Of a stretch of 64,000 nt of DNA, positions 11,851 through 23,690 are shown one piece after another. Position 1 is the stretch's first letter; each line of letters starts with the position of its first letter. This DNA comes from Mobula birostris. Lineage: Eukaryota. Location of the stretch: contig NC_092374.1 in assembly GCF_030028105.1 (NCBI RefSeq), positions 37,705,016 to 37,769,015 on the forward strand. Direction: 5' to 3'. A program made the translations under genes and the position numbers. A model generated the notes under the pieces. It had not been told where the DNA came from. It worked only from the letters and a program-made list of their open reading frames with translations, and did not search any database.

Positions 11851-11944
11851 TTGTTTTCTTGACCACGTTTGTCGGTTTCTCGCACTAACAGTGTTTGACG
11901 ATCATCTGTCTTGTTCTGTTTTACGTACTTTCAAAAAGAAAATG

Positions 11945-12600
11945 CAGTGGATTCCAGTTAATTAGATCATCAGTTAGTCGAGGCAGCTGCTTATTTGGAA
12001 TAACTCTCTCAAAGAACAAAAACTAATCAAGAAAATAAACAAAGATTCCCTTTGTTTATTTGGGACACTGTCTTTAATTGGGACAGGAGAGTGTTGCCAA
12101 ACAATTTCTAACTAGATTCAATTGTGTGGCCATTAGACACTGCACTGCTTAGTGCGTACGTTTTTCAGTAGTGTCAGTTGCATGTGCTTGCTATCCATTT
12201 GGGCTAACGGACAACAATTCAAATGCTTTTGGATCATTTTGTTTATTTTGGTTAAAATTTTCAGACCCTTACCAAGATGCAGAAAGGCATTGATTTCATT
12301 ATCTACACTAGGTGCTTGTGCTGATTTTCTTCATTTGCAGTCAATCAAAAGAACACAACAGCATAAAGTAGATCAATTCCTCTGATAACAATTAGAGTTG
12401 ATACTGTTTTATAGTTCTATAGTAGTATTGGTAATGTTCTAATTTGTTCTGTATTTCATTTAAATACATAATTTGTTACTCAGATGCATGGTACTTCAAC
12501 TTTTTAACCATTTCTATGAATCTTTGGCTAGTTGAGACAACCATTTAATTGGGCCAAAATGTACTGTCCCGATGTGTCCCAAATTAACCTGAATCCACAG
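11945..12600. mobile_element. Non-autonomous Tigger-like DNA element
   Basis: Terminal inverted repeats CAGTGGATTCCAGTTAATT ... AATTAACCTGAATCCACAG; internal TTAATTGGG repeats; no coding capacity; TSD eroded. Confidence 0.7.
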
Positions 12601-15600
12601 TTCTTGTTAAATGCACTGAATTATTTTCATTGCATCCTGGTTTCTTGAAATGCTGATACCTTAAGTGTGAAATTGGGTGAAGTGTTACTTATTAATTGTC
12701 CATAATAATCTTCAATGCACTTGTCTTAGTGAAGCCACATTCCTCTTTATCTTCTATGTTGGTATAGTTGTAAGTGCCTAGAAATTAAATTGTTTAGTGC
12801 AATGTTCTGTGTGTTCAGACATGTGACATCAGGGTCTTGCAGGAACAACCATGATTTTAATTTCGCTGTCTATCTCCAAATTTCATGAAGGAGCCGTTAG
12901 ACTGTGTATACATAACTTTTGCCTCCCAAATTGAGATAGGGGCAGAAGGGAGAAAATTGGACAACTTGAACATAGAAATGTATTGTTTAGGGTGTAGAAT
13001 TCTACTTAGAAAGTTTGTAATGGCTAAGTAATGCACAAGTATATCACATCTTTACGGGGATTCTGGTAATTTTAGATGATTGACCTGGAAACAAAAAAAA
13101 AGTTAATTCCTATTTGCTACTGATGGAACTGTTACATAAATCAACATTTTTTTTTCCATGTCATGATGACGTAAGGTAAGGAGGATCAGCAACAAGTATG
13201 TGAATTTTTGGTGTTGTCATCAGTGAAAGTGGAGACCAGAAAAGTATGAGAGAGTATACTGTACAGTTTCAGTTGTATTTTAGTTAACTAGATGAGTGAG
13301 AGAGCTAAGTTATAGAAACTGTTTATGACCTCTTCATTTGTTGAAGTCTAATAATATGTCAGCAAACTAAACAGACATGAACTGAAGTTTCAGCAGTTCA
13401 TTTCAAGTGAGTTTCGATCTCTCCTATGGTGAAGCAATGTATTTTCTTAAAATGTCTGCATATATCCACTAATTGTGACAACTGATGTTGTATCCAACCA
13501 GCTTGTTGTACTGCTTTACATGAGGCAGGTATATCCGGCTTGATTCTTGAAGTTTGGATCAGGAATCTTCTAGTTGGTGCTTTTTTTTAAAAAGTGCAAG
13601 TTGACAACATTCTTGGATATGGAGTTGTTTGTGTATCGGTTTCTCTTTCAAGTTGTCAGGACCGCAATGTGGCAGTTGTCATGTTAAAGGAACTCCACAT
13701 TTCTTAACTGAAATCAATCATACTGATTTTTGTGTAGCTTCCCAGGATGTTAAGTTGCAGCAGTATTATGAAGAATGCAGGTGCCAGCTGTGTGCTGCAT
13801 TTTGCTGTTGTTGGCTACAAATAATTATGTTGCAACAAAAAACTGCCTTAATGCATGCTCGTATGGGACATCAAAATAAAATTTAAATTTGCTTGGCAGA
13901 AATATTTTGGTAAAATGCATATTAAATTAATTCCCATGATGCTTTGCATTTGTGCTAGTGTGATTATTGACCTACTTTAGATTGATTAGAACTAAGTGTG
14001 GGATGAGGTTTTTGTCTATTTTTGAGGCAGTAAGGGAGAAGCTGCAGACCCACGCTCTGTGCTTTGCTGCCAACAGCATTTCACACCAGCAGTGAACTGA
14101 ATTTGCAGATTGCAGTGTTTTTCTTTGAAAAACAAGGAAGCTGTAATGGATCCTGTGGTGGGATGTAGCAGACAGCAGCAGCCATCGTTGCAGTGCACCA
14201 TTAATGTCAGTCTGTGAGAATCATCTGGTATAATTTCTGCATGGATCTCCAGCTCTTGAAAATACACCCTTACTCTTGGCATGGTAACCAGCATCATTAA
14301 CTTGCAGAGTTTTGTTTTATATGGCATTTGCAGCAGAGCATCACATTTTTGCTTTGCTCCTGTTGGAACCAGGAGACTGCTGTTAACCATACCCCTTCAT
14401 GGAAATTTCAGTTTGTATTCTGTTGCATTGGAATTATTACATGTATGACAGAGAAATATATTGTTTCTACAGTTTAAGGCTTTGCAGTGAACAGCTAATG
14501 ATATGAACCAATAGTCTTGATTATGGCATGAACCAGTTTTGCTTTAGTTGCATCTCTTGAAATACCTTTGCATGTCTGTATACTTACCCTATGCATTTTT
14601 CAGATGTAGTTTCTACTACTAATCAAAACTAATCTTAAGTTCTTAGGTATAGTGTGTTTGTTTTATATGTATAATTAACATCACATTTCCATTAATTACT
14701 ATGAACAAAGGAAATTGACCCTCAGGAGAAGAAATTCTGTCGTGTCTGAATTTGAGCCATTTATTTTGTCCACGGTGTAGTATGCTGCATTAGTCCTGCA
14801 GGAAACAAAGTACCAATTAAGTGATTTGTGATCTGCGTTTCAGAAGTGTCTTCAGAAAGCAGAGTAAACTACCTTCCAACTTGCTTGCTGAACCTGCTGC
14901 TTTGAATATATTCAAGAATAATGGCTGCTGTCCAAACAACACAGCAAATGAAGTTGAATCGTCTGAATTTTTTTAAAACCTGGCAATGTTATCTCAAAAG
15001 TCTTCAGTATCAATGTTTAACCTCTACTGCAGTGGAGATATTTTTGACCTAATCATAAAGTTGCATGTGAATTTGCTTATAATTCACTTAGTCATGAAGA
15101 ATGAGGTTTCATGTGATACTTCTGTTACCCAGAGCTCTCCCCTTCTACCTGCCCTATTGTGAGTTATGCCTTCTCAGGAACTGCTATTTCATAGTTTGTG
15201 AACCTGTAGATAGATTAAAATCAGTATTTTTCTCCATCCTTTTATGAGATGGTTCGAAGGCTTTGTAGTTAATCTTGGTTTAAACTGCTAACTTTTTTTA
15301 AAAAGAAGTTTTGCCACATGTCTTCCTACTTCAGATCTCCAATACACCTACCTGTGGCTGACTTGTGTTCACACCCAGCAATGCTTCATGCTAAATGCAA
15401 ATCATGCACTGTTCCATGCCCAAGTAGATAAGTATCATTCAAATTACAAACCATTCTCCACCCTGTCCCTTAACGCAATCTTCATTATTTTTATAATTAG
15501 TAAATACAAGTCTTCAAACAAAGTTGGGGAAAGACCCAGTTTCTTGATTATGCCCTATGATGTTTGTCCCAGTACCTTGCAACAAAGTCAAGGGGAGTAA

Positions 15601-17498
15601 TATTTTAATTCCTTGCAGCTGGAGACTAAGAATGGCTGGCAGCTCCTACTTGTATTTCCTTATGGCAGCTTCCAGCGTTATACAGCAAATTGTGTTTATC
15701 CCAGTGTTAGAGCCCATCTGTCAGTTCCGATATCCCCAGTTAACTAACTGCAACCTATTCTCTGTCGCATGCCCACCAGCTACCCCTGTCTTTTAAACTA
15801 CAATCACACCTTTGCTATGTTTGATTAAACCAGGGCACCCAGAAGAAACCCATGTAATCACAGGAATTATTTGGATTGAACACACATTAGTAGAGTTGTC
15901 CATAGCACGAACTGATGAACAACTGATAACTGTACTGCCATTCCAGAGTTTGAGAGCAAAGCTTAGATTTGTAGAAAACTGTTGCATAGCAACAGCATTA
16001 TTGCAAGTAAAATTCTCACTTCTATTGAGATGTTCAACATTTGTGTACTACTAGATAAAATTTAATTAGAAACCACTGAATGTAATTGGGGACTTACAAA
16101 CGTCAAACGTCTAATTTTCTTTTTGGGTGTGCTGTGTGCCCGATGTGTTTCCAGGAAGGATCACTTAGCGTGCACACTCAGTCTAGGTGCCATTAATATT
16201 ATATACATTTGTGATCTAGTGGCAGAAGCTAATTAGGCAAAGTTGCTCTTTGCAAGACCAGTGAGGCCAGGTTCATTGTAGCTTAAAGGGGACTCTGGAT
16301 GCGTTTGAAATGAAGGACATCTATAACCCGTTTTCCTTCATGTTTTGTGCTCATAGGGCAATTAGAGGAAAGGACTTTGAGACAGTTAATTATGCTACAT
16401 TTGATCTACGTAGTGCCATTGGCTATGTACCCAATAGGATTTTACAGTAGTCTTTGGCATTTTGTGCATTATACATTTTAAATTCTCTTTGTGTTTCTAA
16501 AAAAAACTGCTGGGCCGCCGACTTTAGTACGTGATAAGACATAAATGCATTAGAAATAGGAGCAGGCAAATTAACCCATTGTGCTTGGCCTATGAATCGA
16601 CAAGATCATGGACGATATTCCACCTCAATACTTTGTTTTGTAACCCAAAGCATTAAACTAATTGAAAGAAAAACATGGGACAGGGGATGACTTGTGTACA
16701 TTTAGTTTTGCTTTTAGTGCGGAGTGCGCAGATGTCGTGTTGGCTTAATGACGTATAATATTACTGAGGTATTACATACATAACATTTTTCCAAAATGTG
16801 CCCAGAATTGCATGATTTTCATCTTGTCCATAAACAATAAGTTGATCTGTTTTGAATGAAATCAATTACCGGATCTCCCAACTATCTTGAGTAATGAATT
16901 TTGAAAGGTTGCAACGATTTGACTGAAGAAATTTCTCTTCCTTTCAGTCCCTGAAGGCTTGCATCTTTGATACTCCTCCGCACTGCACTTGGGTCTTCAG
17001 TCCTACGCCAACGCTCTATTGGCTCTTATTGAAAAACGTACAAATTGAGTGGGGGAGGGGTGATCACAATTGAAAGCCTGTTACAATACCCAGGACAAAT
17101 TTGTTGCAACTTCTGCCCATTTTTGCATTTTCTGTTTCCCATCCCCTCGATCAGTGCCACAAATGCCACACATTAAATTTTGAGAGAAAGAGGGTTTGAT
17201 GTAGTATGCATCTGTTTTAGAGCTCCCATAATATTGTTTCTACAAACAGCAGAATTAGTTTCCTCTTTCTCTCCACTATTAATAATTGTTCTTATCAGTT
17301 TTGTGTGCTTTTGATGCCAGTTATTACAATACTGTGCAGATATGGTTACCATATTGAGTATTTTTTTGTTTATTTTTAGACTTGGAGACAAAATTGATAT
17401 AGGGATAGCTTTAAAAACAGAACTTGTTTGTTACCCAGTCTATAAATAAAGTTGAAGCACTACAACAGGGTGAACTTACTTCATTTTAGCTAAGACTA

Positions 17499-18869
17499 TA
17501 GTGCTGTGCAAAAGTCTTACGCATATGTAAAAAGTCTTATGAGGCCAAAATGTTCTACTCAAAAGGTTCCAAGGAACATCTAAACAAGCCTGATGCATTT
17601 TGGAATCAAGTCCTGTGGACTGATGAAGTTAAAGTAGAACTTGGCCGCAATGAGCAAAGGTGTGTTCAGAGAAAAAAGGGTGCAGAATTTCATGAAAAGA
17701 TCCCCTCTCCAACAGTTAAGCACGGGGGTGGATCGATCATACTTTGGGCTTGTGTTGCAGCCAGTGGCACGGGGAACGTTTACTGGTAGAGGGAAGAATG
17801 AATTTAATTAAATACCAGCAAATTCTGGAAGCAAACATCACACTGTCTGTAAAAAAAAAAGCTGAAAATGAAAAGGGGAAGATTTCAACAGGATAATGAA
17901 CCTAAACACACCTCAAAATCCACAATGGACTACCTCAAGAGACGCAAACTGAAGGTTTTGCCATGGCCCTCACAGTCCCCTGACCTAAACATCATCGAGA
18001 ATCTGTGGATAGACCTCAAAAGAGCAGTGCATGCAAGAGGGCCCAAGAATCTCACAGAACTAGAAGCCTTTTGCAAGGAAGAATGGGCGAAAATCCCCCA
18101 AACAAGAATTGAAAGATTCTTGGCTGACTATAGAAAGCGTTTACAAGCTATGATACTTGTCTAAGGGGGTGTTACTAAGTACTGACCATGCAGGTGCCCA
18201 AACTTTTGCTTCGGGCCCTTTTCTTTTTTTGTTATTTTGAAACTGTAAAAGATGGAAATATAGAAGTTTCCTTAAAATATTAAAGAAATGTGTCATCTTT
18301 AACTTTATGCCTTTTGGAAATCAGTTCATCTTTTACTCACTTAGCTATTCACAGTAACAGAAATTTTGACCGGGGTGCCCAAGCTTTTGCATACCACTGT
18401 AAGGATGCCCAAGACTTTTGCACAGTACTATAATGATTTTTTTTTGTATTGCACTGTACTATTGCCACAAAAAGCAAATTTCATGACGTGAGTAATGATA
18501 AACCTGATTCTGATATGGGTCTATTGTGAGAGTGGGATGGGGGCAGGGAGAGTGAAATCATGATTGGGAAAGGGGGGAGGGGAGGGAGTGGGAAGCACCA
18601 GAGAGTCATTCTGTAATGATCAATAAACCAATTGTTTGAAACCAAATGACCTGCACCCAAGCCACCCCACCCCACCCCAAGCACTCCTCCTCTGCCACCT
18701 GTTCCACACCTCGCACAGCACTTCATGCTTGCCATTCCCAACAATCTTTGCTCCCACTAGATTTACAAACTTGCTGTCCATTCCACGTTAACAAATATAG
18801 TACTGTACAAAAGCCTTAACCACCCTAGCTGTATACTGTATATGTGCCTAAGACTTTTGCACAGTACTG
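17499..18869 (+). mobile_element. Non-autonomous Tc1-type composite element (copy 2) hosting a Tc1 fragment
   Basis: Left TAGTGCTGTGCAAAAGTCTT, right GTGCCTAAGACTTTTGCACAGTACTG; inner inverted units at ~18405-18430 and ~18798-18825. Confidence 0.78.
17560..18399 (+). mobile_element. 5'-truncated Tc1 (DD34E) transposon with IR/DR-type right end
   Basis: ORFs 17550 (WTDEVK, TVKHGGGSIILW) and 17868 (QQDNEPKH...WPSQSPDLNIIENLW, 34 aa D-to-E); end GGGGTGCCCAAGCTTTTGCATACCACTG+TA; inner direct repeat GGTGCCCAAACTTTTGC at ~18193. Confidence 0.9.
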
Positions 18870-19014
18870 CATAACAATAAATGAGGGACACAGATTTCAG
18901 TTGGGCAAAGAATTAGTGTGAAATTGAGGAAATTGATGATAGAAAAATCCCTTGCCATATCTACAGTGTATCTGGATAACCAAGATCTGGGCATTTAACA
19001 GCTAGCAGACATCT

Positions 19015-19340
19015 ACATAACATAGAACGTAAGAAACAGGAGCAGGAGTGGGCCATCTGGTCTGTCGAGCCTGCTCAACCATTCAGTAAGATCATGGCTG
19101 ATCTGGCCATGGACTCATCTCTACCTACCTGCTTTCCCCCCATAACCCTTAATTCCCCTTCTATGCAAAAATCTATCTAACCTTGTCTGAAATATATTTC
19201 CACAGATTCACCACCCTCTAGGAAAAGCGGTTCCTCCTCAGCTGTGTCCTGAATTGACTCCCCCAAATCTTGAGGCTATGTCCCCTGGCTTTAGTCTCAC
19301 CAATCAGTTGAAGCAACTTTCCTGCCTCTATTTCTATTAA
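19015..19340 (-). mobile_element. CR1 3' UTR fragment
   Basis: acataacatagaac tail followed by the same 3' UTR motifs (gatcatggctgatc, cacagattcaccaccctc) as other CR1 copies in the window. Confidence 0.75.
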
Positions 19341-20069
19341 ACAAGTTTTGCAAAGGTGCACTGTTACTTTAGTGTTTAAAAAGCATCAGAGGTTTTCCAT
19401 AATTCCCAGAACCCAATTCCCATATTCGAAATTGGTTATTGTGACAAAAATGCAAAAATCTTGTGGGCAGTGGTAGCAAGATGCTGGATAGTGCCTGTCT
19501 AAAATATTGTACTTAATACTAAATGAAATGGCACTTTTATGGCACATACAGCTAAGAGAAGCAAACCATGGACATTGTTGAGACATTCCATTATGCGTAC
19601 TTGCATTCCGTGAGTTTTGAGGACATTAACATCAGAGGTGCAGGCAGTATCAGAAAATTGGACTGAAGTCATAAAGAAGGGTACTTTGTCAGAATCAGGA
19701 ACCAACAGCATGCATTTGAATATCAATTCAATGCACCTGCTGTTCTACGTGTTTCCTTTGATCTGACATGTGATATCCATGTTTTAACTGAATGCTAAGC
19801 AGCATTCACTTTCCTTGTTTATATGACTATTAAGATTCAGAGTATGTTTGAAAAATATTTGCCATCTTATTCTTTCATTGGTAGAATACCTTGCATTTGT
19901 AATCACTTGAGGAATAGTGGCATAAAGGGGTGCTAGAACTGAAACATCAAAGCATGAGGACTGAGGTTGGAAGGAAGGAAAAAGTTTGGATTAGCACTTA
20001 CACAAAATAACATGGGGAAGAAGCAAACTGATGTGGGGAAAATTATAAAACAAAGTTTATAACAAACCA

Positions 20070-20210
20070 GGCAGCATCTTTGGAAAGGAGTAAACAGTTG
20101 ATGAAACGTCAACTGTTTACTCTTTTCCATTGATGCTGCCAGACCTGCTGAGTTCCTCCAGCATTTTGTATGTGTTGCTTGCATTTCCAGCATCTGCAGG
20201 TTTTCTCGTC
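20070..20210. repeat. Penelope-derived inverted-repeat hairpin
   Basis: 20070-20101 pairs with 20109-20140; sequence similar to 11745-11840. Confidence 0.75.
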
Positions 20211-20308
20211 ATAAAGTTTGAACATTCAATTACCTCAGACTTTAGCAAATGCATAGATTTGAATTATGAAATACACATGATGCACTAAGTGTTTTTTTTT
20301 AAATATAG

Positions 20309-20464
<156 letters not shown>

Positions 20465-21249
20465 TAGTCCAACCTAAGTGCACCCCATAACAATTTGATG
20501 AATTTTATTCCAATGCATCAAATTCTGGAGAAACTTGTTAGGTTTGCGATACAGATTTTGTAGACTAGACACTATTGATTAACATCATAAAATTGAAGTT
20601 CTGATGGATTCACTGAAACTGTACCCTGAGGTGGAAATTGAGAGGTTTATTAGTCAATTTGTGATAAAGTAGCCTAGCCCAAAAGATTAAGTTGGGAAGA
20701 ATAAAAGAGGTTGCCATCTGAATTTTTAACATCTGAGGAGGACTATGACATTAAATAGTCCCGATCTTGCTCCTAAAGCTCCACTCTGGGGTTTGGCTCT
20801 ATGTATATCTATCCCATGTACGTGAAATAAGAAAGATAGCAGAGTATTGTCATTGTGAGGGGATGGGATTGATGAAAGTTGGATTGATTTGGAGCTCTGA
20901 AGGGAACTGGACAATTGCCTGATTTTACTTTTTTTTTCAATTTGTATCATTGTTTCTTAATCATCCTTTTAATAATTTTCATCTGCACCTGCAAAAGAAT
21001 CATACAGCACAGAAAAAGGCCCTATGGCCCAACCCATCCATGCTGACCAAGTCACCGAACTGAGTTAGTCCCATATGCCTCTGTCTGGCCTATATTCCTC
21101 CTAAACCTTTCCCATTTGTGTACCGGCCAAATGTCTTTTAATTGTAGCTGCCTGTACCACTTCTGCCAGCTCATTCCACATACAAAACCTCCTCCTGTGA
21201 TGGGTAAAAGATGCCCCTCAAGTCCCTTTTAACATCATCATTAACCACA

Positions 21250-22980
21250 GGACTGGAGGGAAGCAAGTATTGTGCCCTTGTTTACGAAGGGCAGTGAAGA
21301 AAATCTTGGGAGCTATAGATCAGCAAGGCTGATATCTGTGGTAGTTAAGTTACTGGAGAGAATTCTGATTAATTAGCTATATAAGCATCTGGAATCTCTG
21401 ATTGATAAGAGATAGTCAACATGGTTTTGAGTGGGGGAGCATCTCACAAACTTGATTTTTTTTTTGATGTGACCAAGAAAGTTGGCAAGGGCTGAGCAGC
21501 AGAGGTTGTTTATATGAACTTCAGTCAGGCTTTTGAGATTCCACATGGTAGACTGTTTGGGAAGGTTAGATTGCATGTAATCCAGGGAGAGCTGGCTAAT
21601 TGGATACACAGTTGGCTTGATGCTAGAAAGCAGAGGATGATATTGGGACGTTATTTCTTGAATTGGAGGCCCATAATGGTGTGCCTCAGAGCTTGGTGCT
21701 GGGCCCATTGTTTGCACACTATATCAATAATTTGTGTAGGAATGTAATGGTTAGTAAGTTTGCAAATGACACTAAAATAGATGGTATATAGGACAATAAA
21801 AAAGATTATCAAAAATTACAGGGGGATCTTGATCAGTTAAGTAGGTGAGCTGAGGAATGGCAAATGCAGTTTTATTGGGATAAGTGCGAAATGTTGCATT
21901 TTATGGAGTCAAATTCAAGTAAGACTTTCACAGTGCATGGTAGGGCCCTAGAGAGTATTACAAAACAGACCTTGGAGTACAAGTACAGCACTGTGCAAAA
22001 GTTAGTGCATATTTTTATATATAGATATATAGATTGTAGAGATATATGTGAATGCTGTGAAGTGAGGATGCTTTCAAAAATAATGAAATGAAATAAGGTT
22101 TCTAAGTATCAAAAATTCTATAAAGAGCAGTAAACAGTTTTTAAAAGACTAAATCAAATCAATATTTGATGTGACCACACTTTGCCTTTAAAACTCTTTG
22201 ATACACTGTTATGCAGTTTTATAAGAAAATCGGCTGGTAGGTTGTTCCAGGCATCTTGCAGAACTTGCCACAGTTCCTCTGCAGACTTTGGGATTACCTG
22301 GAGAGACAGAAGCAAGTGACACAGCCAGATAGCCTCAATGATGTTGAGACCAAGGCTCTGTGGAGACCGTATTACCTGGAAGCCAAATAAAAAAAATAAT
22401 CTAGGGTGCTCAAGACTTTGGGACTGTACTGTACATATGTACTGAAAATTGAGTCATAGGTTGATAGGGTGGTGAAGAAGTGTGTACAAGATATTGGTGA
22501 GGCTACACTTGGAGTATTGTGTTCAATTTTGATCACGCAGCTTTCAGAAAGATATAAATCTTTTCTGTACTCTTTCCAATTTATTACAAGGATGTTTTCA
22601 AGGCTTGAGGATCTGAGTTGCAGGGAAAAGTTGAATAAATTAGGAACTTATTTCTAAGACTGTAGGAGATTGAGAAATGATTTTATAGAGGTGTATAAAT
22701 TCACATGGGGTATTGGTAGGGTGAACGCATGTAGTTTTTTTTCCCCCAAGGATTGGGGAACCAAGAACTTGAGGCAAAGCTTTAAGGTGAGAGAGTAAAC
22801 ATTTAAGAGGAACTTTGACAGGCAACTTTTTTTTCCCTCGTGTGTACGTGGAATAAGCTGCCAGAGAACATAATTGAGTTGGGAACAGTAATGACTGTTG
22901 AATAGGTACATGGTTTGGAAAGGTTTAAAGGCCATGGGCAAATGTTGCTAAATTGGACAAGCTTGTATGGACCATTCCAT
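21250..22980 (+). mobile_element. Degenerate CR1 LINE
   Basis: FSQAFEIPHGRL...WIHSWL, DKCEMLHF remnants; a minus-strand CR1 tail abuts at ~21000-21240. Confidence 0.8.
21986..22431. mobile_element. Tc1-type deletion derivative nested in CR1
   Basis: TA duplicated (21984-21985, 22432-22433); ends CAGCACTGTGCAAAAGT / AGACTTTGGGACTGTACTG of the same TIR family; Tc1-like internal AATATTTGATGTGACCAC. Confidence 0.75.
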
Positions 22981-23072
22981 AAAGGGTCAAGTTCCAGGTG
23001 GTCATGACTTCGTTTATTTAGCTAAAGTGTTGTCACTGGACTTGTTGGGCATGAGGAAGCAGGATGTCATTC

Positions 23073-23690
23073 TGGCACCGTGGTAGCATAGCAGTTAGTG
23101 TGACACTGTTAGCACAGGGCATTCCAGCGTTCAGAGTTCAAATCCGGTGCAGTCTATAAAGCATTTGTACATTCTCCCTATGAACATGTGGGTTTTCTTC
23201 GGGTGCTCCAGCTTCCTCCCACAATCCAAAGACATACTGGTTAGTAGGTTAACTGGTCATTGTAGATTGTGCTGTAATTAGGCTAGTGTTAAATAATTGG
23301 ATGTGTGGGCATGTGGCCAAGTGGTTAACGCATTGGACTAGCAACCTGAAGGTCATGAGTTTGAGCCCCAGCCGAGGCAATGTGTTGTGTCCTTGAGCAA
23401 GGCACTTAATCACACATTGCTCTGCGACGACACTGGTGCCAAGCTGTATGGGTCCTAATGCCCTTCCCTTGGACAACATTGGTGTCGTGGAGAGGGGAGA
23501 CTTGCAGCATGGGCAACTGCTGGTCTTCCAGACAACCTTGCCCAGGCCTGCGCCCTGGAGAGTGAAGACTTTCCAGGCACAGATCCATGGTCTCGCAAGA
23601 CTAATGGATGCCTTAAATCATTGGGTTGCTGGGTAGTGCGGCTCATTGGGCCAGAAGGGCTTGTTCTGTGCTGTATCTATAAATAAAAAA
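23073..23690 (+). mobile_element. V-SINE/HE1-like SINE interrupted by a second SINE
   Basis: tRNA-like A/B boxes (GTAGCATAGCAGTT, GTTCAAATCC), V-domain GGGTGCTCCAGCTTCCTCCCACAATCCAAAGAC, tail TAAATAAAAAA. Confidence 0.82.
23301..23612 (+). mobile_element. tRNA-derived SINE nested in V-SINE
   Basis: GTGGCCAAGTGGTT A-box, GTTTGAGCCC B-box, GTGTCCTTGAGCAAGGCACTTAA; 12-bp TSD TTAAAT(A/C)ATTGG at 23289-23300 and 23613-23624. Confidence 0.82.

Noticed and set aside
11410-11885. ORFs of 146 aa (+) and 128 aa (-)
   Set aside because: Low-complexity translations of the pyrimidine-rich Penelope terminal repeat
13150-13260. Box C/D snoRNA (ATGATGA at 13163) or exon ending at AAG|GTAAGG
   Set aside because: No CTGA D box or terminal stem at a suitable distance; no acceptor AG after the T-tract, and the ATGs hit stops at once
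14016-14390. 124-aa minus-strand ORF as a nested antisense gene
   Set aside because: No recognisable domain, splice structure or homology; length is within chance expectation
1-20308. CERT1 PH-domain exons (1-3)
   Set aside because: No sequence encoding WTNYIHGWQ, PHDFDECRFDI or WIDAIEQHK was found by eye; presumed upstream of the window
23073-23380. tRNA genes
   Set aside because: A/B boxes run directly into SINE bodies, with no complete cloverleaf
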